Shown here: positions 14,674 to 27,118 of the stretch, piece by piece | How positions within the stretch are numbered: the stretch's first letter is position 1 | Layout of the letters: each line of letters opens with the position of its first letter | DNA from: Gammaproteobacteria bacterium | GTDB taxonomy: Bacteria; Pseudomonadota; Gammaproteobacteria; GCA-002705445; GCA-002716945 | Length of the DNA stretch: 64,000 nucleotides | Reading direction: 5' to 3' | Assembly: GCA_038142325.1 (NCBI GenBank) | Contig: JAYQJW010000002.1 | Span: 64,001 to 128,000, forward strand | Notes under the pieces: model-generated | Databases searched by the model: none | The model's input: the letters and a program-made list of their open reading frames with translations, nothing else | What the model was told of the DNA's origin: nothing | Program-made: the position numbers and the translations under genes

Positions 14674-14808
14674 CTATGGACAAAGCACAGCTCTTCCTTT
14701 TGCTCTTCTTGCAGAGAGGACGGCTCTTCCTGCGGCAGTCTTCATACGTGCACGAAAACCGTGTGTTCTTTTACGTTTTAAATTGCTTGGTTGAAATGTT
14801 CTTTTCAT
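14674..14808 (-). CDS. rpmH: 50S ribosomal protein L34 (not in ORF track)
   Basis: Manual translation [44 protein letters not shown]. Confidence 0.98.
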   Translation of the reverse strand: MKRTFQPSNLKRKRTHGFRARMKTAAGRAVLSARRAKGRAVLCP

Positions 14809-14888
14809 TGGAGTGTATACTGATTTGAATAATGGATTATGTCAATATATTAATTCATTTTTTTTTATGTGATAGTAATCTTCCGACC

Positions 14889-16187
14889 ATGACAAACGAA
14901 AATAAAATTTGGACCAAATGCCTAGAAAAGTTATCAGAGTCTCTCACAGACAAAGACATGCGACTATGGATTACGCCGCTCGTTGCGAAAGAAATAGATA
15001 AAGAAATAAATTTATATGCACCTAATAAGTTCATGAAGGAAGAAGTTGAAAGTCAATTCATGTCTAAAATTTCTGAAGTGATGGGTATTTTAAGTAATGG
15101 ATATTCTATAAATCTTGGAGTTTCAACAAGTCAATTAAACAAAAATATTGAAAAAACAATACCGCCTGGATTTAAAACGAACCTAAACAAAGACATGACT
15201 TTTGATACTTTTGTTGAGGGTAAGTCAAATCAGTTAGCTAAAGCAGCATGTTTATCTGTAATCAACGAGCCAGGGTCATTTAACCCTCTATATATATATG
15301 GTGGGGTTGGATTAGGAAAGACGCATCTATTACATTCAATTGGAAACCAATTAAGTAGTGAAAATAAAAAGGTTGTATATCTACATTCTGAAAAGTTTGT
15401 CCAAAACATGGTAACAGCATTGAGGAATAATCAAATAGAGGAGTTTAAGGTATTTTATAGAAACTTAGATGTTTTATTACTTGATGACATACAGTTTTTT
15501 GCAGGAAAAGAGAGGTCACAAGAAGAGTTCTTTCATACATTTAATGCGTTGTTTGAATATAAAAAACAAGTTGTTTTGACTTGTGATAAATATCCAAAAG
15601 AAATAGACGGCCTAGAAGACAGAATAAAATCAAGATTAGTTTGGGGTATGAATGTATCTATTGATCCTCCTGATTTAGAGACAAGAGTGGCAATACTTCA
15701 GGCTAAGGCAGAAGCGTTAGGCTTATCAATCGAATCCGATGTAGCGTTTTTTTTAGCCAGAAATATAAATTCAAATGTAAGAGAATTAGAGGGTAACCTA
15801 AGAAGAGTGATAGCTACCGCAAGATTTAAGAAATGCGACATATCGCTCGACTTTGCAAAAGAAACACTAGCTGACTTGGTATCGCTAAACCAGAGGTTAA
15901 TAACTATAGAACAGATCCAAAAAATTACTGCAGGATATTATAAAATTAGAGTTAGTGATATTTTGTCAGCAAAAAGAGATAAAAAGACAACGCTTCCAAG
16001 ACATGTTGCTATGGCAATATGCAAGGAATTAACAAATAACAGCTTACCGTCTATCGGCGATGCATTTGGAGGTAGAGACCACACAACTGTATTGCATGCA
16101 AATAGAAAGCTAAGCAAACTTAGGAAAGAAGATAGTCAAATAGAGCAAGACTATAACAACATAATACACATTTTAAATAATGGGTAA
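14889..16187 (+). CDS. dnaA: Replication initiator DnaA
   Basis: NPLYIYGGVGLGKTHL, DDIQF, NVRELEG, FGGRDHTTVLHA; likely start MTNENK at 14889. Confidence 0.98.
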   Translation: MTNENKIWTKCLEKLSESLTDKDMRLWITPLVAKEIDKEINLYAPNKFMKEEVESQFMSKISEVMGILSNGYSINLGVSTSQLNKNIEKTIPPGFKTNLNKDMTFDTFVEGKSNQLAKAACLSVINEPGSFNPLYIYGGVGLGKTHLLHSIGNQLSSENKKVVYLHSEKFVQNMVTALRNNQIEEFKVFYRNLDVLLLDDIQFFAGKERSQEEFFHTFNALFEYKKQVVLTCDKYPKEIDGLEDRIKSRLVWGMNVSIDPPDLETRVAILQAKAEALGLSIESDVAFFLARNINSNVRELEGNLRRVIATARFKKCDISLDFAKETLADLVSLNQRLITIEQIQKITAGYYKIRVSDILSAKRDKKTTLPRHVAMAICKELTNNSLPSIGDAFGGRDHTTVLHANRKLSKLRKEDSQIEQDYNNIIHILNNG

Positions 16188-16336
16188 AAACTGTGGATAA
16201 AAATTAAAAGTTGAATTTTTCCACAAGCTACTAACAATAAAAGAAATTTAAAAACACAGTTCATTAAGACCAAAAGATAGGTGTTGGTGTGATAAAGTAG
16301 TGAATAAAAAAACTAAAAATAACATATAATATATAT
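16188..16336. promoter_or_regulatory. Probable oriC with DnaA boxes
   Basis: TGTGGATAA 16192-16200 (perfect box), TTTTCCACA 16217-16225, near-boxes TGTGATAAA 16288-16296 and AGTGAATAA 16299-16307; AT-rich; dnaA-dnaN intergenic. Confidence 0.75.
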
Positions 16337-17445
16337 ATGAAAATAATATTTAATACAAATCAACTTCTAAACAAACTAAAAAATCTAACACCAACAGCTG
16401 AAGCAAAACAAACATTAATGATTTTAGGTAATGCTGCTTTCAAAGTGATAGATAACATGGCAGAAGTTGCAACTACAGATCTTGAAATAGAGGTCTCAAC
16501 TAAAATTGAATGTAAATCTGATAGTGATACAAGCTTTACTATACCTGCTAAAAAGCTACAGGAAGTAGTTTCAGCATTATCTAACCATAATGAAATTGAG
16601 TTTCATATCAAAAACAATACAGTAGATATTATTGCGGGAAAAAGCAAGATCTCTTTGCCGACACTTCCTATTGAGGACTTTCCTCTTAATGAGACAAATG
16701 GTGAAACTTTCTATAAATTAGAATGTATGAGCTTATTAAACCTTAATAGAGAAAACATCATTTGCGATGGCATATCAAGATGCAAGACATTTTTTAAATG
16801 GCATGCATCTTTGTAATGAGAATAATAAAATAGTATCTGTTTGTACAGATGGCCACAGGCTAGCTAAATTCACTTCAAATATATCTATAGAAAATGATCT
16901 TTCATTAATCTTACCTAGAAAAGCAGTAAATGAAATTAATCGGATAATAAGCTCATTTAACAACAATAATGATCTTTTAGCAGAATTTAGCTATAATAAT
17001 AATAATTTTATAATCAAAATAAATGATTTTCTTATCAAAACAAAACTAATAGAAGGTGATTATCCAAACTTCAATAAAGTAATACCACAACAAACAGATA
17101 ATGTTATAGAAATAGACAAATCTTTATTCAAAAATTCACTTAATGTTATTTCTAAAGTTGTAAATCAACAGTATAAAGGGGTAAAACTAACACCTAACAC
17201 AAACGGCACATTACATTTAATATCAAGTAACACTGAAAGTGAAGATAGGCGAAGATCACATAGATGCAAAATATACTGGTAGCGATATATCTGTCGGATT
17301 CAATATAAATTATCTTCAAGATGTTATAAACGTGCTCTCAGGCGATACGGTGTTTATATGTATTAATGATCAAAACTCTGGCTGTATTGTTAAAGATGCT
17401 GAGTCTACATCCTCCACATATGTAATCATGCCAATGCGTGTTTAA
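16337..17445 (+). CDS. dnaN: DNA polymerase III beta clamp (two frameshifts)
   Basis: TDLEI, TDGHRL, KLIEGDYPNF, GFNINYL, C-terminal YVIMPMRV. Confidence 0.95.
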
Positions 17446-18529
17446 TGTGGCTATAGAGTCTATATCTATTCAAGATTTTAGATCTCTAAAATTTCTTAAC
17501 TTATCTTTTTCTAAACCTATTAATATTATTTATGGTGAGAATAACGCTGGAAAAACATCTTTATTAGAAGCTATATATATTTGCTCAAATTTTAAATCTT
17601 TTAAAAGTGTTTCAAACACTGAGTTGATTAATAACTTATCTAAATCCTTCAAAATATCTTTAAAATACTGTCAAAATTCATTAAATAATTCTATATACCT
17701 TGAAAAGTCATTAAAATCGTCTAAAGTCTTTATAATAATAAAAAACTACTAAAAAAGCTATATCACTTGCCTTTCCTTGCTATTCTTTAGTATTTGGCTT
17801 TAACAACATACTGCTTAATGACTCTTCTTACAGAAGATCATTTCTTGATTCAGGGATGTTTCACGTGGAACCTAAATCTGAGAATTATCTAGGAACTTTG
17901 AGAAATGCCTTAAACAACGTAACTTTTTACTGAAAACTAAACATTCTTCAAACAATAATAACTGGGATGATCAGTTAGTAAGCACTAATAGAAATCTTAG
18001 TGAATTTAGGCAGAACTACTTTAACCTTCTTAATAAAGAATTTATAAAAATAATTAATGATTTAAAAAGAGAGATACCAGAAATTTATAATGATATATCA
18101 TCTCTATCACTTGATTATTATAAAGGATGGGATGAGCTAAACTTTGAAGAAACCTTAAAAATAAACATCAACAAAGATATACGCGCTGGTTACACAAATT
18201 CAGGTACGCACAGAAGTGATTTTTATGTATATTCTCATAACAAGCCGGTTAGAGAATCTGGATCCATGTCTACGTTAATTATAGCTTGCTTGATAATCAA
18301 TTTAGCTAGGATTAATGTGTTTCACGTGAAACATGGTTTTAAACCAATACTGCTAGATAGACGACCTGTTCTTCGGAATAGATAAAAAAAACCTCACTGC
18401 TGTGGTAAAATTACTTGTCTATATAAAAGGGAATATAGTGCTCACAGCACCTAATATCTACATAGATATCTTGAAGCAGGCATGTCAGGAAAGCAATGAT
18501 ATTGAAATAATAAATATGGAAGAGAAGGT

Positions 18530-18533
<4 letters not shown>
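17438..18533 (+). CDS. recF: DNA replication/repair protein RecF (divergent, frameshifted)
   Basis: [14 protein letters not shown] Walker A; [14 protein letters not shown] and GTHRSDF in later frame; TGA overlaps gyrB ATG. Confidence 0.88.
17857..17872. promoter_or_regulatory. parS centromere-like site 1 (inside recF)
   Basis: TGTTTCACGTGGAACC, near-consensus parS palindrome. Confidence 0.85.
18318..18333. promoter_or_regulatory. parS centromere-like site 2 (inside recF)
   Basis: TGTTTCACGTGAAACA, perfect 16-bp parS palindrome. Confidence 0.93.
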
Positions 18534-20934
<2,401 letters not shown>

Positions 20935-20935
<1 letters not shown>

Positions 20936-21706
20936 TGAAAGTTTCAACTTGGAATGTTAATTCTATAAATGTTAGATTACCGAATGTTCTAAAATACTTA
21001 TCTGACTATCAGCCAGACGTACTATGTTTGCAAGAACTTAAATGTAATGATGATAAATACCCATTAGATTCAATACAAAATGCTGGCTATCATTCGATAC
21101 AAGCATGCCAGAAAACTTATAATGGTGTATCGATCATTTCTAAATTAAAACTTACTGATGTAGAAATTAATCCAGTTCATATTATTTCTGATGAAATGCG
21201 CTCTATAGCAGCCACGTTTCAAGGTATTAGAATAATCAATTTTTACGTTGTTAATGGGCAGGCAATTGAGTCGGACAAATACAAATATAAACTAGAGTGG
21301 TTAAAAAAAGCAAAAACATACCTTAAAAACCAATTGTCCAAAAACAAAGACCTAGTCTTAGTCGGAGATTTTAATATAGTGCCTTCTGAGCTTGATGCAC
21401 ATAATTTTTCTTCAGAAGACATACTCTGTTCTGATAAAGAGAGAAAATCACTTAAAGATATACTTAAACTAGGCCTTAAAGATAGTTTCAGGACAAAGAA
21501 TGACGACACACCATACACGTGGTGGGATTATAGAGCCGGGGCTTTTCATAGAGATATTGGTTACAGAATAGACTTAATATTAACCACGAATAATCTGTTA
21601 TAACGGCATAAAGTCTTATGAAGTTCATAGAGACACAAGACACAAATCATGGTGTTCAGAACAACCTAAAACCTCTGATCATGCGCCTGTTATGATAACT
21701 CTTTGA
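20935..21706 (+). CDS. xthA: Exodeoxyribonuclease III (frameshift near 21600)
   Basis: WNVNS, LQELK, GDFNI, WWDYR, RIDL; terminal SDHAPV in shifted frame ending 21706. Confidence 0.92.
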
Positions 21707-21758
21707 TACAATCCTAGACTAATATGATCATTCTGATATATTTAAAATAGAGGTTTAT

Positions 21759-22391
21759 ATGTCTAGCATAATGGTAATAAACGCCAAAGGCGGTTCAGGC
21801 AAAACGACGATATCGACAAACTTATCATCATATTTTGCTATAAATGGATATAAGGTAACTTTGGTTGATTTAGACCCGCAAGGCTCTTCAACTAAATGGC
21901 TTTCTTCTAGACCATTTACCAAACCTAAAATAAAGGGCGTGACATCATTACCACCTAATAAGGTGTCTAAAAAAAATGATGAAGTTACTATTTTCGATGT
22001 GCCCGCAGCTATATATGGTGCTCGTCTTCAAACATATATAAAGAAAGCAAGAAAAATTATTATCCCTGTTCTTCCATCACCAATTGATATGGCAGCTGCA
22101 AAAGATTTTCTTAATTCTATTAGAGGATTGGGTAGCGTCATAAGAAACCGTACTGATATATGTCTAGTGGCGAATAGATGTAGGGCAAATACTAATATCT
22201 TTGAGGAGCTGGATGATTATCTAGTTAAGGAAAAGGGCATTAGATATGTCACTGCCTTTAGAGACAGTACAAATTATATTAATGCAATAAAAAGAGGTAT
22301 AGGTATATTTGAAATGGGCGAGTCAATGACAGCACAAGACAGAGAAGAATGGAAACCTCTTGTTACATGGGCTAAATCAAAAAAGAAGTAA
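21759..22391 (+). CDS. ParA/MinD-family ATPase (orphan)
   Basis: NAKGGSGKTT deviant Walker A, DLDPQGSS, PVLPSPID. Confidence 0.88.
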   Translation: MSSIMVINAKGGSGKTTISTNLSSYFAINGYKVTLVDLDPQGSSTKWLSSRPFTKPKIKGVTSLPPNKVSKKNDEVTIFDVPAAIYGARLQTYIKKARKIIIPVLPSPIDMAAAKDFLNSIRGLGSVIRNRTDICLVANRCRANTNIFEELDDYLVKEKGIRYVTAFRDSTNYINAIKRGIGIFEMGESMTAQDREEWKPLVTWAKSKKK

Positions 22392-23240
22392 TTATACTTC
22401 TTTTAGGCTCTGCTTAATCCCCTCCCTTACATCTTTATATTCAATAATATCAGGAAATATTTTATTCATCAGACTTGTATCTAGCTTTCTTGATTCTTTT
22501 ATAAAAGATTTTCTTTTTTCATCATATAATTTTTCAGCCACTTGATAGTCAATAAACTCAGGGTATGTTTTTTTAAGCGCATCATAAATGTATAAATAAT
22601 ATTGTGTAGATTTAATCGCAGTCCCATCACTCACGTTTATAATTTTATTTATTGTTTTTTTATTTTCTATTGATGACACGATAATCTTTGCAAGATCTTT
22701 AGCATGAATCAAATTAGTATGCCTACATATATCTAGATTTATTAGAGGTAACCTTTGTTTAATTCTATTGATCGGCAGCCTACCATATCCATAAATACCT
22801 GGCACCCTCAAAATTGTATAATTCAAATTAGATTCTATAACTTGTTTCTCAGCATTAACTCTTCTTTTTGCACGATCAGTTAGTGGCTGTAAAGATGAAT
22901 TTTCATCTACTTCTTTGTCATTCTTATCTCCATAAACACCACTTGTGATTATATATATAATCTTCTTAATGTGCTCCCTTTTTTGTATATGCTTTAAAAA
23001 ATTATTAATTACTTGATCAGTGGCACCATTTTTTTGTGGTGGCGCAAGGTATACTACATACGAGTCTTCATTAATTAACCCTTTTAGCTTGCTTGTATCT
23101 TTTAATATGTCTATTTGGATATTTTTATGGCAGTTATTTTTTTGACTTCTGCATACTCCTATATATTTATATTTTTTTGAACCTAGTGATGTTATGTAAT
23201 CACATACATAACCATTTCCTATCAAATAGATATTAAACAT
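22392..23240 (-). CDS. NAD-dependent epimerase/dehydratase (atypical SDR)
   Basis: GNGYV, YLAPP, TSGVYGD, LRVPGIYG, DGT motifs. Confidence 0.85.
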   Translation of the reverse strand: MFNIYLIGNGYVCDYITSLGSKKYKYIGVCRSQKNNCHKNIQIDILKDTSKLKGLINEDSYVVYLAPPQKNGATDQVINNFLKHIQKREHIKKIIYIITSGVYGDKNDKEVDENSSLQPLTDRAKRRVNAEKQVIESNLNYTILRVPGIYGYGRLPINRIKQRLPLINLDICRHTNLIHAKDLAKIIVSSIENKKTINKIINVSDGTAIKSTQYYLYIYDALKKTYPEFIDYQVAEKLYDEKRKSFIKESRKLDTSLMNKIFPDIIEYKDVREGIKQSLKEV

Positions 23241-23938
23241 TTATTTTCATTAGAGCGTTGGTTAGTGCATCTATATCATATATATCATTAATCTTTGTTA
23301 AAGATTTGACTTGATTTTTCATTAACTATGTTTTCATCTGATTTGTCTAGCACCATAAAATGGAGTTCTTTAAGACTAGTACGTGTATCAACAAGAAGCG
23401 GCTCGACACTACTTTTACTGAAGCCAATTATTATAGCCCCATTTTTTGATACCTCTATTACCTTATCTAAATTTTCTCTATTGAGCACTCTCTCATACAC
23501 ATTACTTACACTATAATTAATTTTTCTATCATCTAGATACTTCTTGATAATATTTTTACCACCTATGCCTTTCAGTAAAAGCGTCTTTCCAAGAGAGTCA
23601 CTTTCTTTTTCTATTTTTTTTATTAAACCAATACTTGAGTAATCATTATCTGGAATAATACAATCTAAGCTAAACTTTTTACTTACCCATGCTCTACAAT
23701 TTGGCCCGATCCCATATATCTTTTCAGCGTTGTATATATGATTATTGCTGGAATCTATTTTTTTTATTGCGTTTGCGCTCTGTATAATTATTGTTTTATA
23801 TTCATCATCAATTGGATATCTCTCGATGTGTTGGATATCTTGAATCATTAAATCATAAAAGTTTATATTATTTTCTTTTAAACTTTCTTTTAGTTCATCT
23901 TTCATGGAATAGTTTGATACTAATATTACATCTAGCAT
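23233..23938 (-). CDS. hemD: Uroporphyrinogen-III synthase (probable C-terminal frameshift)
   Basis: SANAI, GIGP, VYER; follows hemC; alternate frame continues ...DIDALTNALMKINV to stop at 23233. Confidence 0.85.
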
Positions 23939-24843
23939 TTCAGCATCCTTTTTGAGCCCATTGAAATAAAAAGTTTAGACAACTTTAGTGATAGATTTTT
24001 ATAATCTTTTTTATGCCCAACAATAATATTTTTAATATATTTTGTACCATCCAATTTTGAGACAAAACCTGTCAGCCTCATTTCATTTTTGTTTATTTCT
24101 GCATACGCGCCTATTGGAGACATACAATTGCCATCCATAGACGCAGCAAATATTCGCTCCGCACAAGCACAAATTTCTGTGTTTTCATCAACTATATGTT
24201 TAATTTTTTTTAACTCTTTTTTTTGATTAGCAAGATATTGAATGCATAGTATTCCTTGACCAGGAGACGGTACAAATCTATCTGTATCTAGCGATTCCGT
24301 GATAACAGCACCCATTTCCATTCTATGAAGCCCAGCTCTGGCAAGAATTATTCCATCCATATCTGATTGATCTAATTTCTTCAACCTTGTGTTGATATTG
24401 CCTCGTATCTCAATAACTTTTATTTTTCCCCCCATACTTTTTAACAAGGCTTGTCTTCTCGGACTAGACGAGCCAATTTGTCCTTCAGATATTTTTGCAA
24501 GTGATTTATGTTTATTTGAGACGAAAACATCACATGGGTCTTCCCTTTTCATTACACTAGTTATGGAGAAAATTTTATTTATTTTAGCAGGAACATCTTT
24601 CATTGAATGAACAGCAATATCAGCGGTACCTTTTAACAATGCGCTTTCAAGCTCTTTTAAAAAAAGCCCTTTCCCACCATCTTCTTTAAAGGTTTTTTTG
24701 CTTGCTACATCTCCTGTGGTGGTCATAGGCACAATTTCTATTTTTTTAAATATTCCTTTTTCAATAAGCCGGCTTTTTACTATATCAGCCTGTTTTAAAG
24801 CCAGAGGGCTTTTTCTTGTTGCAAGTTTTATATTATCGAGCAT
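23932..24843 (-). CDS. hemC: Porphobilinogen deaminase
   Basis: ATRKSPLALKQ, GKGLFLKELE, AVHSMKDVP, GSSSPRR, RGNINTRL. Confidence 0.97.
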   Translation of the reverse strand: MLDNIKLATRKSPLALKQADIVKSRLIEKGIFKKIEIVPMTTTGDVASKKTFKEDGGKGLFLKELESALLKGTADIAVHSMKDVPAKINKIFSITSVMKREDPCDVFVSNKHKSLAKISEGQIGSSSPRRQALLKSMGGKIKVIEIRGNINTRLKKLDQSDMDGIILARAGLHRMEMGAVITESLDTDRFVPSPGQGILCIQYLANQKKELKKIKHIVDENTEICACAERIFAASMDGNCMSPIGAYAEINKNEMRLTGFVSKLDGTKYIKNIIVGHKKDYKNLSLKLSKLFISMGSKRMLKC

Positions 24844-24915
24844 AGTTGTATATCAGTAAATTCACATATAGTATACTGGCAATATTTGAGATATAAACAC
24901 TTCTAGAGGTATATT

Positions 24916-26307
24916 GTGAAAAACTCAACTTGGTCTGGTAGATTTAAAAAAGCGCTTGATAATGAAGTTCTTGAATTTTCTGAGAGCATTAGTATCGACC
25001 ATTTGCTTTTTGATGCTGATATAAAAGTCTGTATTGCTCATGTTGAGATGCTTGCGACATGCAAGATTATAACCAAATCTGAATCAACAACTTTAGTGAA
25101 AGGGCTTAAGCAAGTAAAGAAAAAAATACGATGATGGCAAGCTGTCCTTATCAATCAAATATGAGGATGTCCACATGAATATAGAACAAGCTCTGACTAA
25201 AGAGGTTGGTGAACTAGGCAAGAAAGTTCATATGGGGAGATCCAGAAATGATTTAGTAGCTACAGATTTTAGACTGTACTTAAGAGATTGTGCTGACACC
25301 ATTATTAAAAAGATAAAAGATATTAGATATGCTATCGCATTAGTAGCAAAAGAGAACTCTCATGTTTTGTTTCCAGGCTACACCCACATGCAACTTGCAC
25401 AACCCGTTACATTTGGCCATCATCTTCTAGCTTGGCATGAAATGTTTGAGAGAGATGAAAAAAGAATGAGTAATGCAAGAAATGCCTTGAACGTTATGCC
25501 CTTGGGCAGTGCAGCATTATCTGGAACCCCATATAAAATTGACAGAAAGTTAGTAGCTAAAAAACTTGGATTTGACACTGTATCAGCAAATTCAATGGAT
25601 GCTGTCAGCGATAGAGATTTTGTTTGTGACTTTGCCTATGCAGTTTCCATGATGATGGTTCACTTATCTAGAATATCTGAAGAACTGGTTTACTGGATGA
25701 ATACACATATAAAACTTGTTGATATTGATGAAAGCTTTTGCACTGGTTCGTCTATTATGCCACAGAAAAAAAATCCAGACGTCCCAGAGCTCATCAGAGG
25801 TAAATGTGGCTCTGCAATTGGATCTCTATCATCTCTTTTGATTTTACTGAAGGGATTACCGCTAACTTATAATAGAGATCTTCAGGAAGACAAAGGCATA
25901 ATTATAGAAACAATTTCAGAGGTTATGTCATGTCTTAACTTAATGCCTAGACTAATCATCACTTTGAATGTTAACAAGCAAAGAGCTCTTGAGTTTTCTA
26001 AGAGTGATTTCTCAAACGCAACAGACCTGCAGACTATTTAGCTATGAAAGGTGTTCCCTTTAGGAATTCACATGAGATAGTAGGAAAAATTGTAAGCTAT
26101 GCTGAATCAAAAAAAATTAATTTAGATGATATAAAAATTTCTGAATTTAGAAAATTCTCAAAACATATTGCCGAAGATGTTTATCAGGCTATTGATATAG
26201 AAAAGTCTATACATAGTAAAAAATCTATAGGTTCAACTTCACCTGCAAATGTAAAGAAAGCTGCAAGCAAGATTTTGTCGTCACTTAAGAAAGATGGATA
26301 TAATTAG
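24916..26307 (+). CDS. argH: Argininosuccinate lyase (two frameshifts)
   Basis: WSGRF, GRSRND, GYTHMQ, GSSIMPQKKNPD, YNRDLQED, GVPFR. Confidence 0.96.
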
Positions 26308-26658
26308 AAAGATCTATTTTATCTATGCAGTGTGCTTTTTAACTTTAGCACATCAGTTTTTTCTGGTAACAAAATACCAACAATTAATGAGTACTTAAAC
26401 GATAAGACTGATAATTATGACTCATATATATATGGACTAGAGAGTGGACTTGAGTGGGCATCAGAATATTATTACAGAAAACACCAAGTAGAGATTTATT
26501 GTAAACCTGCAGACATAATATTACCAGTCTCTAAACTTAGGGCAATGATTGATAAAACTATTAAATCTAAGCCCGGATTTTTTGAAAAATATAAGGATGA
26601 GCCTTTGCTTGGTCTAGCACTAAGAAATGGTTATATTGAGTCTTTTCCATGTCAATAA
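26294..26658 (+). CDS. Small exported protein, Rap1a/Tai-like (probable frameshift in signal peptide)
   Basis: YIYG...YCKP...FPC pattern; ATG 26294 gives MDIIRKIYFIYAV, joining the LFNFSTSVFS frame. Confidence 0.55.
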
Positions 26659-26660
26659 AA

Positions 26661-26705
26661 CTTGTTAGACACAGATGAATTTTGTAATATATCTAGTCTA
26701 ACAAG
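26661..26705. repeat. Perfect 10-bp inverted repeat overlapping putative promoter
   Basis: CTTGTTAGAC (26661-26670) and GTCTAACAAG (26696-26705); inner AGAT/ATCT pair; TTGTTA-N17-TAATAT inside. Confidence 0.75.
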
Positions 26706-26728
26706 GTTAATTTACAGGAGGAGTAAAA

Positions 26729-27085
26729 ATGCCGGATCATCCAGTACCACAAGGAGATGACATTATTTTACCAGACGGAACTAAAGTTGGTTCTTGGAAC
26801 GGTGAGGATGTCAAAGATCTCCAAGTAGAAGTTCAAAGAATTATGAAGGAGCAAAAAGCAAGTGGAGCCGATAGAAACAATTTATTAATTCGTTTCGGAA
26901 TACCACATATGGACCAAACTCCAGAACATTTAAAAACTTTTATCGCATACGCTCTTTGGGGCGTAGACAAAAAAGGAATGTGTCTTACTCACAGACGCGC
27001 AGATCACTTTGAATCAGTTGAAAAAATCAACGAGAAATATGGAAGTGAAACTGCTATGGCTGCGGCTCAAAGACATCGTGACTGA
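26729..27085 (+). CDS. Hypothetical protein, 118 aa
   Basis: Intact ORF, strong RBS AGGAGGAG, downstream terminator. Confidence 0.9.
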   Translation: MPDHPVPQGDDIILPDGTKVGSWNGEDVKDLQVEVQRIMKEQKASGADRNNLLIRFGIPHMDQTPEHLKTFIAYALWGVDKKGMCLTHRRADHFESVEKINEKYGSETAMAAAQRHRD

Positions 27086-27094
27086 TATTTAATT

Positions 27095-27118
27095 GAGGGG
27101 GCATTCTCTTGCCCCCTT
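27095..27118. terminator. GC-rich hairpin between convergent genes (likely terminator)
   Basis: GAGGGGGCA-TTCTCT-TGCCCCCTT. Confidence 0.75.

Noticed and set aside
16955-17010. AAT/AAC trinucleotide runs in dnaN
   Set aside because: Asn-rich low complexity expected from AT bias; not an array
17753-18529. Apparent 780-bp ORF-free gap that might hold an ncRNA
   Set aside because: It is the frameshifted remainder of recF
23241-23290. TATATCA duplication in an apparent intergenic gap as a regulatory repeat
   Set aside because: The stretch is most likely the frameshifted hemD C-terminus (NDIYDID codons)
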